A stretch of 64,000 nucleotides of DNA from NCBI GenBank assembly GCA_963726455.1, contig CAVSCK010000005.1, positions 160,001 to 224,000 on the forward strand, given 5' to 3'. This document shows positions 9,109 through 19,678 of this stretch, piece by piece (the stretch's first letter is position 1; each line of letters begins with the position of its first letter). The notes beneath the pieces are model-generated. The model saw only the letters and a list, made by a program, of their open reading frames with translations. It searched no databases and was not told where the DNA came from. The translations under genes were made by a program, and so were the position numbers. Source of the stretch: an uncultured bacterium. GTDB taxonomy: Bacteria; Zixibacteria; MSB-5A5; CAIYYT01.

Positions 9109-10749
9109 ATGTACCGCTTAACTTGCCCAACACTTCCCGGCCGTTATGACTGGCTGCTAAGATCGGGGACTTACATCATCGGTCGTGATTCGCAGGTTGA
9201 CCTGGTCGTGAACGACGGCACCGTGTCGCGCCGCCACGCCCAGATCGACGTTGCCGAGGATGGCCAAATCCGGCTTACCGATCTGGGCAGTCTCAACGGC
9301 ACGCTGGTCAACGACCGCAAGGTCAGCGGCGCCATTGAAATCAAGTCAGGTGACGCTGTGACTTTCGGCACGGTCGGATTTATGCTGGCGCTCGCAGAAG
9401 CGGAAACTCCCAAACCCGCTCTTAACGTCACCACCGACACCGAAAGTCACACTTCAATTTCGTCGCTACCCATCGATGAGGCGCTAAAGCCGCTCGCGCT
9501 CAAAGACTACACCAATCCGCAGATCTTCAAGGCTATCTCCGACATGGCGAAAATGCTGATCCTGCCGCAGAGTGTTGACGAAATGTTTGGCGAGGCATTG
9601 GACTTGCTCCAGCAGATTATCAGCTCCGAACGTGCCGCCGTGTTCTTGGCGCCTGCCGGAAGCGACAATGTTCAACTTGCCACCTACCGACTGTCAGACA
9701 AGAAAAGTTCCGACTCGTTCAAAATATCGCGGTCAATCGTCAAGGAAGTTCTGGACAAAAAGAACGCCGTGCTGTTCTCCGACCTGATCGCCGACGAACG
9801 CTTTGCCAAACAGGAATCGATCATGGTTTCCGGTATACGTTCGGCGATGGCGGTTCCGCTGATCAACGAGAAACAGGTGCTCGGCATACTTTACACTGAC
9901 ACCACCGATCCCTGGCAACGCTTCAGTGAGGAATCACTAAAAGTCACCGCGACATTCGGCAACATTCTCGCCGCCAAGATTATCAATCACGAGCTGCTAA
10001 AGGAACGCCAGGAGAAAGAAGCGCTGGAATCGGAACTGCGTATTGCCTCGCAGATTCAGGAAGGGCTGATGCCCAAAGTGCTGCCGGAAGTCGACGGCTA
10101 TGTACTGCACGCCTTCCAGATGCAGTGCAAAATGGTCGGCGGCGATCTTTACGACGTTGCCATGCTCCCCGACGGCCGCCTGTTTTTCCTGCTGGCAGAT
10201 GTATCCGGTAAGGGCATGGGCGCCGCGCTGTTGGCTTCGAATATTCTGTCCGCCTTTCGGATGTTGCGCAGTAATGCCGCGTTTGACGTTGCCGATGCCG
10301 TTACGCGTGTCAACGCTCAGCTCCATGCATCCAGTCGTTCCGGAGACTTTGCGACGGCATTTGTGGCGACGCTGGACACCAAGAGCCACCTGCTTACCTA
10401 TGTCAACGCCGGCCACAATTCACCACTGCTCGTTCGCAATGGCGGCGTGCTGGAACAAGTTGGCGCCACGGGGATTCCCCTCGGTCTGTTCGATGGCATG
10501 TCCTGGGAATCCGGTATGCTGACGCTGTCATCCGGTGATCGTCTTCTGCTTTTCACCGACGGCATTCCCGAAGCCATCAACGCCGGCGAGGAATTCTATT
10601 CCGATGAGAAGCTGGAGCACTTCACAGTAGAACATCGTGATCAGCCACCGGCAGATTTTTCGAGATCACTGATAGATGACGTTTCCCAGTTCGTCGGCTC
10701 CGCGCCGCGCAGCGATGATATCACGATCATGTTGCTTGAACGAAAGTAG
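9109..10749 (+). CDS. FHA-GAF-SpoIIE (PP2C/RsbU-like) serine phosphatase
   Basis: IGR..VSRRHA..DLGSLNGT (FHA); SAMAVPL (GAF); VGGDLYD, DVSGKG, FTDG, DDIT (PP2C). Confidence 0.93.
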   Translation: MYRLTCPTLPGRYDWLLRSGTYIIGRDSQVDLVVNDGTVSRRHAQIDVAEDGQIRLTDLGSLNGTLVNDRKVSGAIEIKSGDAVTFGTVGFMLALAEAETPKPALNVTTDTESHTSISSLPIDEALKPLALKDYTNPQIFKAISDMAKMLILPQSVDEMFGEALDLLQQIISSERAAVFLAPAGSDNVQLATYRLSDKKSSDSFKISRSIVKEVLDKKNAVLFSDLIADERFAKQESIMVSGIRSAMAVPLINEKQVLGILYTDTTDPWQRFSEESLKVTATFGNILAAKIINHELLKERQEKEALESELRIASQIQEGLMPKVLPEVDGYVLHAFQMQCKMVGGDLYDVAMLPDGRLFFLLADVSGKGMGAALLASNILSAFRMLRSNAAFDVADAVTRVNAQLHASSRSGDFATAFVATLDTKSHLLTYVNAGHNSPLLVRNGGVLEQVGATGIPLGLFDGMSWESGMLTLSSGDRLLLFTDGIPEAINAGEEFYSDEKLEHFTVEHRDQPPADFSRSLIDDVSQFVGSAPRSDDITIMLLERK

Positions 10750-10808
10750 TGATAGAATACAGATGAATTTGCACAACTTTAGAATAGGCCACTCGTATAC
10801 AGACTATC

Positions 10809-11726
10809 GTGACTGAACCGGTAATTGAAGTCCAGAATCTGCACAAAGAGTATGGTCCCACGATCGCTGTGGATGACGTCTCTTTCGAAGTCTATCAGGG
10901 CGAAATCTTTGGCATGGTCGGCACCAACGGCGCCGGCAAGACCACGACCATTGAATGTATCGAGGGTTTGCGGAAGCAGGATCGTGGCACAGTACAGGTG
11001 CTCGGTTTCGATCCGCAAAGCAACGGCAACAAGCTCCGGCAGTCGCTCGGAGTCCAGTTGCAGGAATCACAGTTGCAACCACGGCTCAAAGTTTGGGAAG
11101 CACTCGATCTGTTTTCTTCTTTCTATGAATCACCCCTCGACTGGCAAAAATTGCTCGTTCAACTTGGACTCACCGAAAAACGAAACACCGCTTTCGCACG
11201 ACTTTCCGGCGGCCAGAAGCAACGTCTGCAGATTGCCCTGGCACTCGTCAACGATCCCAAACTGGTGTTCTTCGATGAATTAACCACCGGACTCGACCCG
11301 CAGGCGCGCCATGCCATGTGGGATCTGATTCGCTCGGTGCGTGACAACGGCAAGACTATTTTTCTCACGACCCACTTTATGGACGAGGCCGAGCGGCTCT
11401 GCGATCGCGTCGCCATTATGGACAAGGGCAATATCATCGCTCTCGATACACCGGAAAACCTGATCCGCAATCTCGGAGTTGAAAGCCGGGTCGTTTTCAC
11501 CCTAAACGAACCGCACGACATTTCTTGCTGTAACAAGCTGTCCGGTGTTTCGCGCGTTGAGCAAAACGGCGATCGCGTGCACGTGCAGGGCAAAGGCGAC
11601 ATGCTCGTCGTCGAGGTTGTCACCACGCTCGCCAAAGAAGGCATACGTTTCCGCGATTTGCGCACTGAGCAGCCGAACCTTGAGGATGTCTTCCTCGCGC
11701 TGACCGGCCATGAGATGAAGGACTAA
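10809..11726 (+). CDS. ABC-2 type exporter ATP-binding protein
   Basis: GTNGAGKTT, LSGGQKQR, FFDELTTGLD. Confidence 0.95.
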   Translation: MTEPVIEVQNLHKEYGPTIAVDDVSFEVYQGEIFGMVGTNGAGKTTTIECIEGLRKQDRGTVQVLGFDPQSNGNKLRQSLGVQLQESQLQPRLKVWEALDLFSSFYESPLDWQKLLVQLGLTEKRNTAFARLSGGQKQRLQIALALVNDPKLVFFDELTTGLDPQARHAMWDLIRSVRDNGKTIFLTTHFMDEAERLCDRVAIMDKGNIIALDTPENLIRNLGVESRVVFTLNEPHDISCCNKLSGVSRVEQNGDRVHVQGKGDMLVVEVVTTLAKEGIRFRDLRTEQPNLEDVFLALTGHEMKD

Positions 11727-11730
11727 GTAT

Positions 11731-12486
11731 ATGCGTGGCTTTTGGAAATTGGCGTTCGTGGAATTCAAATTGTTCTTGCGGGAACCGTCGGCGGCATTCT
11801 TTACGCTGGTATTTCCCCTGATGATGCTCTTTCTGTTCGGCGCCGTTTTCGGCAACAAACCGGAATTTATGGGCCGATTTGGCACCGGAACATTCGGCAC
11901 AGTTGATCTGTCGATCCCAGCATATACGGCGATGATCATAGCCACAACTGGACTGGTGTCGCTGACAATCACTATCTCCTCCGCTCGCGAACTGGGAATC
12001 CTGCGCCGCTTTCATACCACGCCATTGACGCCAACCGCGATCCTCACATCGCAGGTATTGGTCTTATTCGTTATGACCACGCTTGGAATGGTTTTGCTGG
12101 TGATCGCAGCCATCATCACATACGATCTCCGGTTCGCCGGCAACGCATTTTCGGTGATACTGGGTTTCTTGTTGTCGTCTGCCAGCTTCTTTGCGTTAGG
12201 GTTTGTCCTGGCCAGTTTAGTGCGGACGTCGCGGAGCGCGCAAGTCGTGGCGATGGCTCTGTACTATCCGATGCTCTTCCTTTCCGGAGCGGCAATTCCC
12301 AAATGGGTGCTTCCGGAAGCCGTCCGCAGCTACGGTCAGATTCTCCCGCTCACTCATGTTGTCAACCTGTTAATCGGCCTTTGGATGGGCGAACCCTGGA
12401 GCGCACATATCAAAGAAGTTGTCGTGCTGGTCGTCATGCTGATCGCCGGCTTGATCATTTCCGCCCGTACTTTTCGCTGGGAATAG
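11731..12486 (+). CDS. ABC-2 type exporter permease
   Basis: Six TMs, RELGILRR, FLSG, terminal FRWE. Confidence 0.92.
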   Translation: MRGFWKLAFVEFKLFLREPSAAFFTLVFPLMMLFLFGAVFGNKPEFMGRFGTGTFGTVDLSIPAYTAMIIATTGLVSLTITISSARELGILRRFHTTPLTPTAILTSQVLVLFVMTTLGMVLLVIAAIITYDLRFAGNAFSVILGFLLSSASFFALGFVLASLVRTSRSAQVVAMALYYPMLFLSGAAIPKWVLPEAVRSYGQILPLTHVVNLLIGLWMGEPWSAHIKEVVVLVVMLIAGLIISARTFRWE

Positions 12487-12531
12487 CTTCACTCACGTCT
12501 TCAAGTCGTTTTTCCTCTTCGTATGTGCCCG

Positions 12532-12892
12532 GTAGGATGAACATTCTTGTTTGTCCACATCGCGCGTACAACGGACAAGCAAGAATGCTTATCCTACTGA
12601 CCCCTATCTCATGTAGAAGGAATCGCGGCGAGTGTACGACTCAGTAGGACGAACATTCCTGTTTGTCTATGTCGCGCGTACAACGGACAAGCAAGAGTGC
12701 TTATCCTACTGACCCCTATCTCATGTATAAGGAATCGCGGCGAGTGTACGACTCAGTAGGACGAACATTCCTGTTTGTCTATGTCGCGCGTACAACGGAC
12801 AAGCAAGAATGCTCATCCTACTAACCCCTATCTCACTTGGAAGGAATCGCGGCGAGTGTGCGACCCAGTAGGACGAACATTCCTGTTTGTCC
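12532..12892. repeat. Tandem array (~3.2 x 112 bp) of GTAG-type REP doublets (BIME/REPIN-like)
   Basis: GTAGGAYGAACATTCYTGTTTGTC starts at 12532, 12644, 12756 and 12868. Each of the three full units contains the inverted partner GACAAGCAAGARTGCTYATCCTAC. Confidence 0.85.
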
Positions 12893-13159
12893 ATTTCCCA
12901 TTTATCTTCCCTTCGCCTTCCGGGAGAGGAGTCCTCCTCAAAAAACCGAACCGGCCTCCTCAAGTTTTTCCCCGATTTCTCGATAAATCTAGTACCATTG
13001 TGGAATAACAGGACAGCTTTTGAATGTTTTTGTTGACGCTGACGTTTCCGCATCCCATCCTCAAGTGAAGTGGTCCCGGATTTGTGAACTACTTCACAAA
13101 GAGGTTATCAGGACTAAAGAGGAATTAACACTTAGCTTTAACTCAGTGACGAGGTTGAT

Positions 13160-14134
13160 ATGAGCAAACAAGGACGTCTGCGAGTCGCCACGACTCTGCC
13201 GCTCCTTTTTTTCCTGTTTGCGTCTCTCACGCTGCTGGCTGCTTCTCCACCCTACTCGCGCGACGAAATGATTACCAAATCGGCCGCGTGTCTGGATTGC
13301 CATCAGGAGATGGCCGACAGTCTGGTAGGTTCGAAGCATCAGCTCACGGTCGCCGACGACAAACTCTCCAAAATCGTTGTCGGCTGCATTGGCTGCCATC
13401 GCGGCTGGGAGCAACATCTGGAAAATCCATCGGCCGAGAATATCGAAAATCCGGCCAATCTCCTGTTACCGAAACAGGCCGAAGTCTGCTCCAGTTGCCA
13501 TCAGGGTGATCATCAGGCAAGTATGTTCACCACCGACCCGCATGGCCGCGCGCAACTCGGCTGCAACACGTGCCACAAAGTTCACGGCAACAAAAACCAG
13601 TATTTGGTTCGCGATGACGGCGAGAATTATTGCGCCACCTGTCATACCGACGTGATGGCCGAGTTCAAAAGCCGTTCCGCGCATCCGCTCGTGACCGGCA
13701 ATATCAAGTGTGCCAGTTGCCACTATCCCAGGGATATCAAGGATCCAATGTTGGCGCGTGGCATCGACTGGACGTGCCAGAATTGCCACTCCGAGTTTGC
13801 CGGCCCGCATCCGTTCGAGCATCCGGTGACTGAAACTTATCTGTTCAACGGCGGCGGCTGCACCGAATGCCACCGGCCGCACGGATCACCAAATGACCGC
13901 CTGCTGGCGCAGCCCGGCAACGGTGTCTGCCTGCAATGTCACGGCATTCCGCCGCTACATCGCACCATGCATGACGGGCTCGGTGTCCGCGTCGATTGCG
14001 TCAATTGTCATACCGATATTCATGGTTCCGATGACAACCGCAAATTCCTCGACCCGAATCTGCAGGCGAAATTCTTCGCCGACTGCTGGCAATCAGGTTG
14101 CCATGACACGGTGCGGCCAGGAGGTGCAAGATGA
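13160..14134 (+). CDS. Periplasmic decaheme c-type cytochrome (MtrA/DmsE-like)
   Basis: Signal peptide, 10 CxxCH motifs, plus a C-terminal CX4CH (CWQSGCH). Confidence 0.9.
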   Translation: MSKQGRLRVATTLPLLFFLFASLTLLAASPPYSRDEMITKSAACLDCHQEMADSLVGSKHQLTVADDKLSKIVVGCIGCHRGWEQHLENPSAENIENPANLLLPKQAEVCSSCHQGDHQASMFTTDPHGRAQLGCNTCHKVHGNKNQYLVRDDGENYCATCHTDVMAEFKSRSAHPLVTGNIKCASCHYPRDIKDPMLARGIDWTCQNCHSEFAGPHPFEHPVTETYLFNGGGCTECHRPHGSPNDRLLAQPGNGVCLQCHGIPPLHRTMHDGLGVRVDCVNCHTDIHGSDDNRKFLDPNLQAKFFADCWQSGCHDTVRPGGAR

Positions 14135-15681
14135 AGTTGCTCAAGATCGCATTTCTCGGCATAATGATCGTCGTCGCTGTTACTGCCACGGCAGTTGCCG
14201 CCGGCAGCGGCGAGGCCAAATTTGGCTACACTTTTCTTGATGAAACCGGAAATCTCTCGGTCGACCGCTCGACGTTCAATGACTATCAGGGCGCCGCGTT
14301 GTCGTTGGAGAATTTCCGTTACAACTTCAAGAATGGGACCTACATCCGCGCCAATCTGCGCAATATAACGTTGAACAATCGCAACCTGACCGCGGACTTT
14401 GGCAAACCGGGGTTCTATTCGCTGAAATTATTCCACAACCAGTTCCGTCGCATCTATGATTTCGACGGCGGCCACGCCACGCGCCGGCATGTCGAGGGTG
14501 GTTCGCTCTCTTTCTATCCGGTCCGTTATATCGAAATCTTCGGCGGCGGGTCACGCATGGGACGCAGCGGCTCCACGATTGACCTGTTCCATCCCGAGCC
14601 GGTTCCCAGCGGCGTGCCGGTTGATTACAAGCAAACTTTCTTCAACGGCGGCGCCCGCATCAACTATCGCGGCATCATGCTGGTAGGAGAATACTGCGGC
14701 AATCAGTTCCGAGACAAACTGGTCAGCAGTCGCGATCAGGATCGCAAGTTGGGACGCCTGTCCGCCACGATTCCCGTTCCGAAATACGAATGGGTGGTGT
14801 TGCAGGGCGGCTTCCGGCACTTCGAAACCAAGTTTAAGACCTCTGATTTTACGATCAGTTCGAATCGTGGCTGGGGCACGGCGGCGCTGGCATTGCCGAA
14901 GAATTTCACGGTCAAGTATTTCTTTATGCTTGATCGCACGTCTTCGGACAGCGACTACACCGCCACCGACAATATCGTGCACGCGGCCTATGCCGGCTAC
15001 ACGTATCGTCAAAAGGCGGGGGTGACCGTCGGCTATCAACATGATCTGAACGACCAGTATTTCAAGGAATATCAGGGTAACTCTTTCTATGGTTCCGGCT
15101 GGTTCAAACCGATGCCGCTGGCAGAACTGCGCGCTGAATACGGCAATCGCAAGGAAGACGTGAAAGAGGGCGTGCGCCTCATCGGCAACGAAGATGTCAA
15201 CCGCTTGCTGATTTCCGGCAAGATCCGCTGCAAAAAAGGCGGTAGCTTTGCTGCAAAGTTCGAAAGCCGGATTCGCAAGAACGACGACATCGGCAGTAAA
15301 GTCACGATGAACCGCGCCACCGTCGACCTCGGCATGAGCGAGAAGTGCGGCACGGTTTCGCTGGGTTACTCTTACAGCACGGGTGATTACACGAATATCA
15401 CTCAGGAATTCAAGTTCACCGATCACATGCTGTATGGTGACGCAACCACCAAAGAATATCGCGGCGTGACTCTCGGCGCCGGCGCGACCTACTATCGCAG
15501 CAAGCGCGACCTCGATGTCGAAAGCTTCAATGTCAGATTTTCCGGAGCGTATCGGTTCACCGATGACCTCCGACTCGAAGCGATCTATAACGCTTATAAC
15601 TTTGATGATTTTCTGGTGCGGGATCAGTACTACACCGCCAATATCGTCGAAATCAATTTGATCAAAGGAATATCTTTCTAA
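14131..15681 (+). CDS. Outer-membrane beta-barrel porin (MtrB-like position)
   Basis: Signal peptide, alternating aromatic beta-strands, terminal F; ATGA-coupled to the decaheme gene. Confidence 0.8.
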   Translation: MKLLKIAFLGIMIVVAVTATAVAAGSGEAKFGYTFLDETGNLSVDRSTFNDYQGAALSLENFRYNFKNGTYIRANLRNITLNNRNLTADFGKPGFYSLKLFHNQFRRIYDFDGGHATRRHVEGGSLSFYPVRYIEIFGGGSRMGRSGSTIDLFHPEPVPSGVPVDYKQTFFNGGARINYRGIMLVGEYCGNQFRDKLVSSRDQDRKLGRLSATIPVPKYEWVVLQGGFRHFETKFKTSDFTISSNRGWGTAALALPKNFTVKYFFMLDRTSSDSDYTATDNIVHAAYAGYTYRQKAGVTVGYQHDLNDQYFKEYQGNSFYGSGWFKPMPLAELRAEYGNRKEDVKEGVRLIGNEDVNRLLISGKIRCKKGGSFAAKFESRIRKNDDIGSKVTMNRATVDLGMSEKCGTVSLGYSYSTGDYTNITQEFKFTDHMLYGDATTKEYRGVTLGAGATYYRSKRDLDVESFNVRFSGAYRFTDDLRLEAIYNAYNFDDFLVRDQYYTANIVEINLIKGISF

Positions 15682-15690
15682 GGAGGAATC

Positions 15691-16782
15691 ATGAGGAACC
15701 TACGTATCCTCGGCTTTGTCGCTCTGATTGTGTTGATTGCAGTCATCGCCGGCTGCGAGCGCAAAGTTGTCAACCAACCCGCCAACAACAATCAACAACT
15801 GACCGGTTGTTTCACTTGTCATGGCGAGGAAAGTTTCGGCGGCGCCCTTCTGCAGGCGCAGGGCGAATGGGCTAATTCCATTCACGCCTCAGGTAACAAC
15901 GTCGACTACACTAATCGCGACAAGAGCGATTGCTCAATGTGTCACGACCAGCAGGGCTTCCTGCAATACCTTAATACCGGCGCAGTCGACACACTGCATT
16001 ACCAGTCGGTGAGTGCCATTCACTGTTTCACCTGTCACGCACCGCACGAGAGTGGCACGCTCCTTTTAAGAACCGAAGCTCCATATGCGCTTCAAAACGG
16101 CGTGATCTTCGACAAAGGCGCGGCCAATATTTGCGTTCGTTGCCATCACACGCGCACATCTCTTGATGTCACCCTCGGAACTGCTGACACCGTAAAATTG
16201 TCCACCCGCATGGGCCCGCATCATGGTCCGCAGGGCGACATGCTGCAGGGTACTTTGGGATTCCAGTTCTCTGGCGTTACCTATCCGACTGTATCTCAGC
16301 ACGGCGACAATGTTCCCGATGGCTGCATCGGTTGCCACATGGGTAATCCGCAAGCGCATGACGGCTACCGCATCGGTGGTCACAGCTTCAACATGACCTA
16401 TTTTGATGACGAATCGGGCAGCGAATACACTCTTGTCGGCGTCTGCCAGGTTTGTCACGCTGCCGCAACGGATTTAGACTTCAATTTGAAGAACGTAGAC
16501 TATAACAACAACGGTGAACTGGAAGGCATTCAGACTGAACTCAATGGTCTGAGAGACACGTTGTCTTACTGGCTCGCACTTTCGAAGGCATTAACAGTAG
16601 ACTCTACGGTCACCCCACCCGAGTACGCAATCAAGAACAATAAGGTGGTTACCAGAAACGTTGCTGGCGCAGTTTACAACTGGGTGCTCTTTAACGAAGA
16701 TCGCTCGCAGGGTGTTCACAATCCGCAGTATTTCTATACACTGTTGAAGAGCTCCATTGATTATTTGAAAGCGCATCAATAG
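15691..16782 (+). CDS. Hexaheme c-type cytochrome lipoprotein
   Basis: Lipobox VIAGC; 6 CxxCH; GPHHGPQGDML and DRSQGVHNP motifs. Confidence 0.88.
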   Translation: MRNLRILGFVALIVLIAVIAGCERKVVNQPANNNQQLTGCFTCHGEESFGGALLQAQGEWANSIHASGNNVDYTNRDKSDCSMCHDQQGFLQYLNTGAVDTLHYQSVSAIHCFTCHAPHESGTLLLRTEAPYALQNGVIFDKGAANICVRCHHTRTSLDVTLGTADTVKLSTRMGPHHGPQGDMLQGTLGFQFSGVTYPTVSQHGDNVPDGCIGCHMGNPQAHDGYRIGGHSFNMTYFDDESGSEYTLVGVCQVCHAAATDLDFNLKNVDYNNNGELEGIQTELNGLRDTLSYWLALSKALTVDSTVTPPEYAIKNNKVVTRNVAGAVYNWVLFNEDRSQGVHNPQYFYTLLKSSIDYLKAHQ

Positions 16783-16825
16783 TCAACAGATGGTGAACAC
16801 GTAGTTCACTATTAACTACAAAGAT

Positions 16826-16858
16826 AAACCTCCGGGTCGAACGGCCCGGAGGTTTTTT
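16826..16858 (+). terminator. Intrinsic terminator (possibly bidirectional)
   Basis: AAACCTCCGGG..CCCGGAGGTTTTTT between convergent genes. Confidence 0.8.
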
Positions 16859-16880
16859 GTATCTATGCCTATGTGAGTAC

Positions 16881-17972
16881 TTACGACGCTTTACGGTGGT
16901 GTTTCAGGAAATCCCAGAAGACGTAGTCGCCCAGATTGTTCGGAGAGGCAAAATACGCACGTCCGTGATTCAGTTCGGTCAGCTTCTGCACAAAACGGCG
17001 GAGATAAGGATCTTCTGCGATCATAAAGGTCGTGATCGGTATACGCTTTTTGCGGCAGACTATCGCTTCATCAAGCGTACGGTTTACGACAATCGGATCC
17101 AGTCCGAACGGGTTCTTGTACTGGCTGCCGTCGCTGCGGGTGATCATCGACGGTTTGCCGTCCGTAATCATGAAGATTTGCTTGTTGGAACTACGCTTTT
17201 TCAGGAGGATCTGCCTTGCCATTTGCAGACCTGCCTTGGTGTTGGTGTGGTACGGCCCCACGCCGATGTAAGGAAGATCCTTGATTTGCACCTTCTGCGC
17301 GAAATCTCCGAACAACACAATCTCCAATTCATCCTTCGGAAACCGCGTCAGAATCATCTCGGTAAATGCCAGCGCCACCTGTTTCGCCGGAGTAATTCGA
17401 TCCTCGCCATACAGTATCATCGAGTGCGAAATGTCGATCAACATCACTGTGGCGCAGTTGGTGACCTGCTCCGTTTCGAACACCTCGAGGTCATCCTCCG
17501 ACATATCGGAAGAGAGTGATCCGGTACGTGACAGCGTGTTGAGCAACGAGTTAGGGAAGTCGATATTGCGCAGGTTATCACCGAAAGTAAATCGCCGTCT
17601 TTCCGGCAACACTTCCTCCGACAGCCCACCTTCCTTGTTCACGGCATGATTTCCCAAATTGGAGGATTTGAGATGCTCGAAGATCTTAACGAACGAGTCC
17701 TGGCGCAAGGCCCGCTCACCTTTGCGCGTCAGACTTATGCCGCTCTTGTCGGTCGCCGTCAGCTTATTCTGTTCAAGCTGACGCTTAAATGCCTCCAGAT
17801 CGGCGTCCTTAGGCAGGTACCCCATCTTCTTGAGCTGTTCCATGATCTTCAGCGCCGTCTTGATGTCGCCGTTGACCTGCAACAACAAATGATTGAATAC
17901 CTGCATCAAGTCGCGCATCTGCCGCAGCATGCGAAACAGCGAGTCATCCCACTGGGAGTATATCAGCCGCAT
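16881..17972 (-). CDS. vWA domain protein (partner of chelatase-like AAA+)
   Basis: MIDAS DISHSM, TN, ITDGKP. Confidence 0.88.
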   Translation of the reverse strand: MRLIYSQWDDSLFRMLRQMRDLMQVFNHLLLQVNGDIKTALKIMEQLKKMGYLPKDADLEAFKRQLEQNKLTATDKSGISLTRKGERALRQDSFVKIFEHLKSSNLGNHAVNKEGGLSEEVLPERRRFTFGDNLRNIDFPNSLLNTLSRTGSLSSDMSEDDLEVFETEQVTNCATVMLIDISHSMILYGEDRITPAKQVALAFTEMILTRFPKDELEIVLFGDFAQKVQIKDLPYIGVGPYHTNTKAGLQMARQILLKKRSSNKQIFMITDGKPSMITRSDGSQYKNPFGLDPIVVNRTLDEAIVCRKKRIPITTFMIAEDPYLRRFVQKLTELNHGRAYFASPNNLGDYVFWDFLKHHRKAS

Positions 17973-17974
17973 TG

Positions 17975-19441
17975 TTAGTCCTTCAGTATGTTTTCGAGCA
18001 TGTCGACGTAGACGAACTTGTTGTCCGGCGATTCCTTGGCGATGATGTTGTGCCGATGCAATCCCTCAAGGATGAATTCCATCGCCAGGTATGACTCCCG
18101 CTCATTTTTGGGCTTGAAGTACTTCTGCGCGATTTCCTTTAATCCCACAATCTGCGCCAGCGCCGCCTTGTAATCCTTGTACGGCAACTCGTCCGACAGT
18201 TCCAGACGTTTACCCGACGCGAAGAAATCGATCACCGGTTCGTAGACATTCTCTTGCGCCCGTTGTCTATCCTCGTTCACATTCTTGGGCCGGCGCGGCG
18301 CCGGGAAATAATGCCCGAAAACTTTCTTGGTAGCTTCACCGATCAGATTGACCGCCACAATCGACGGCCCCTCCAGTTCGCCTTCGTACACCAGTTCCAC
18401 TTTCCCGACGATCGACGATAACACGGCAAACAGGTCGCAGATGCGCGGATAGGAGTCATTGTCCTTGTTGATGGCGGCGCGCCGCTCGATGTTGGACAGC
18501 ATGTTTTCATAGGCCGAAATCGTCAACCGCGCCGAGACACCTGATCCCTGGTCAACATGTTCACTGGAGCGCGCTTCAAACGCGATCTGTTCAATGATGT
18601 CCCGCATCAATTCTGGTATCTCGATCTTGGCCGGCCGGTCGGTCCACGCTTCCTGCTGTGTGATTGATTTCGCAATTTCGATACTCGCCGGATAATGCGT
18701 GTTTATCTGCGAGGCGATACGATCTTTCAGCGGCGTGATGATATTTCCGCGGTTCGTGTAGTCTTCCGGATTCGCGGTAAACGCCAGCATCATATCCAGT
18801 GGCACGCGGATCGGAAAGCCCCTGATTTGAAAATCATTTTCTTCCAGAATATTCAGCAAGGCCACCTGTATGCGCGGCTGCAGATCAGGGAGTTCGTTGA
18901 TTGCGAAAATGCCCCGATTCGTACGCGGCACGATACCCCAGTGAATCACTTCCTCGTCCGACAGGTCGAGTTTCTCCCGCACCGCCTTGATCGGATCAAG
19001 GTCGCCGATCAAATCGGCGACCGACACGTCAGGTGTCGCCAGTTTTTCATTATAGCGCAGATCCCGTGGCATCCAGTCGATTTCCAGGTCGTCTCCGGCT
19101 TGACCCACCAGCTTTTTGCTGTGCGAAGTAATGGGACGGAACGGGTCCTCGTTAAGAGGACTCCCTTTGATGATCGGCAGGTATTCGTCAAGGAAACTTA
19201 CCAACTGCCGTAGTATCCTCGTTTTGGCCTGGCCGCGCAATCCCAGCAGCAGGATATCGTGTTTGGACAGTATTGCGTTCTCCAGTTGGGGCAGCACCGA
19301 CCGCTCATAGCCCAGTATTCCCGGCCAGCGGCTCTTGCCGGCCTTGATTTGCTCTATCAGATTCTCGCGCAGTTCTTCCTTGGTGGATCGACTCCGGTAT
19401 CCGGTAGCTTTCAACTCGCCCAGCGTCTTCGGTTTTTTCAT
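17975..19441 (-). CDS. Magnesium-chelatase-like AAA+ ATPase
   Basis: GLRGQAKT, FAINELPDL, TANPEDYTNRG; an alternative GTG start lies at 19462. Confidence 0.88.
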   Translation of the reverse strand: MKKPKTLGELKATGYRSRSTKEELRENLIEQIKAGKSRWPGILGYERSVLPQLENAILSKHDILLLGLRGQAKTRILRQLVSFLDEYLPIIKGSPLNEDPFRPITSHSKKLVGQAGDDLEIDWMPRDLRYNEKLATPDVSVADLIGDLDPIKAVREKLDLSDEEVIHWGIVPRTNRGIFAINELPDLQPRIQVALLNILEENDFQIRGFPIRVPLDMMLAFTANPEDYTNRGNIITPLKDRIASQINTHYPASIEIAKSITQQEAWTDRPAKIEIPELMRDIIEQIAFEARSSEHVDQGSGVSARLTISAYENMLSNIERRAAINKDNDSYPRICDLFAVLSSIVGKVELVYEGELEGPSIVAVNLIGEATKKVFGHYFPAPRRPKNVNEDRQRAQENVYEPVIDFFASGKRLELSDELPYKDYKAALAQIVGLKEIAQKYFKPKNERESYLAMEFILEGLHRHNIIAKESPDNKFVYVDMLENILKD

Positions 19442-19678
19442 CGTCTCTCTTTCATCCTTCACAAATCGTTACACGTTATACGCGCATCGACTGGAACTGA
19501 TTGCCTGAAGCGGTTGTTCTTAAAACGAATGCTCAATGCCAGATAATTCGAATTCCGTATCTTGTGTGAGGTATAATTGATGCTATATTTGCGCGGTTCG
19601 AAATGAAACCAGGATGAATGTGTTGCCCATAATCAACTTACATAAGGAAAATCCGACAGTCGCCGATATAGACAGAGA

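Noticed and set aside
12532-12892. CRISPR array
   Set aside because: Intervening sequences are near-identical rather than unique spacers, the period is 112 bp, and no cas genes are present.
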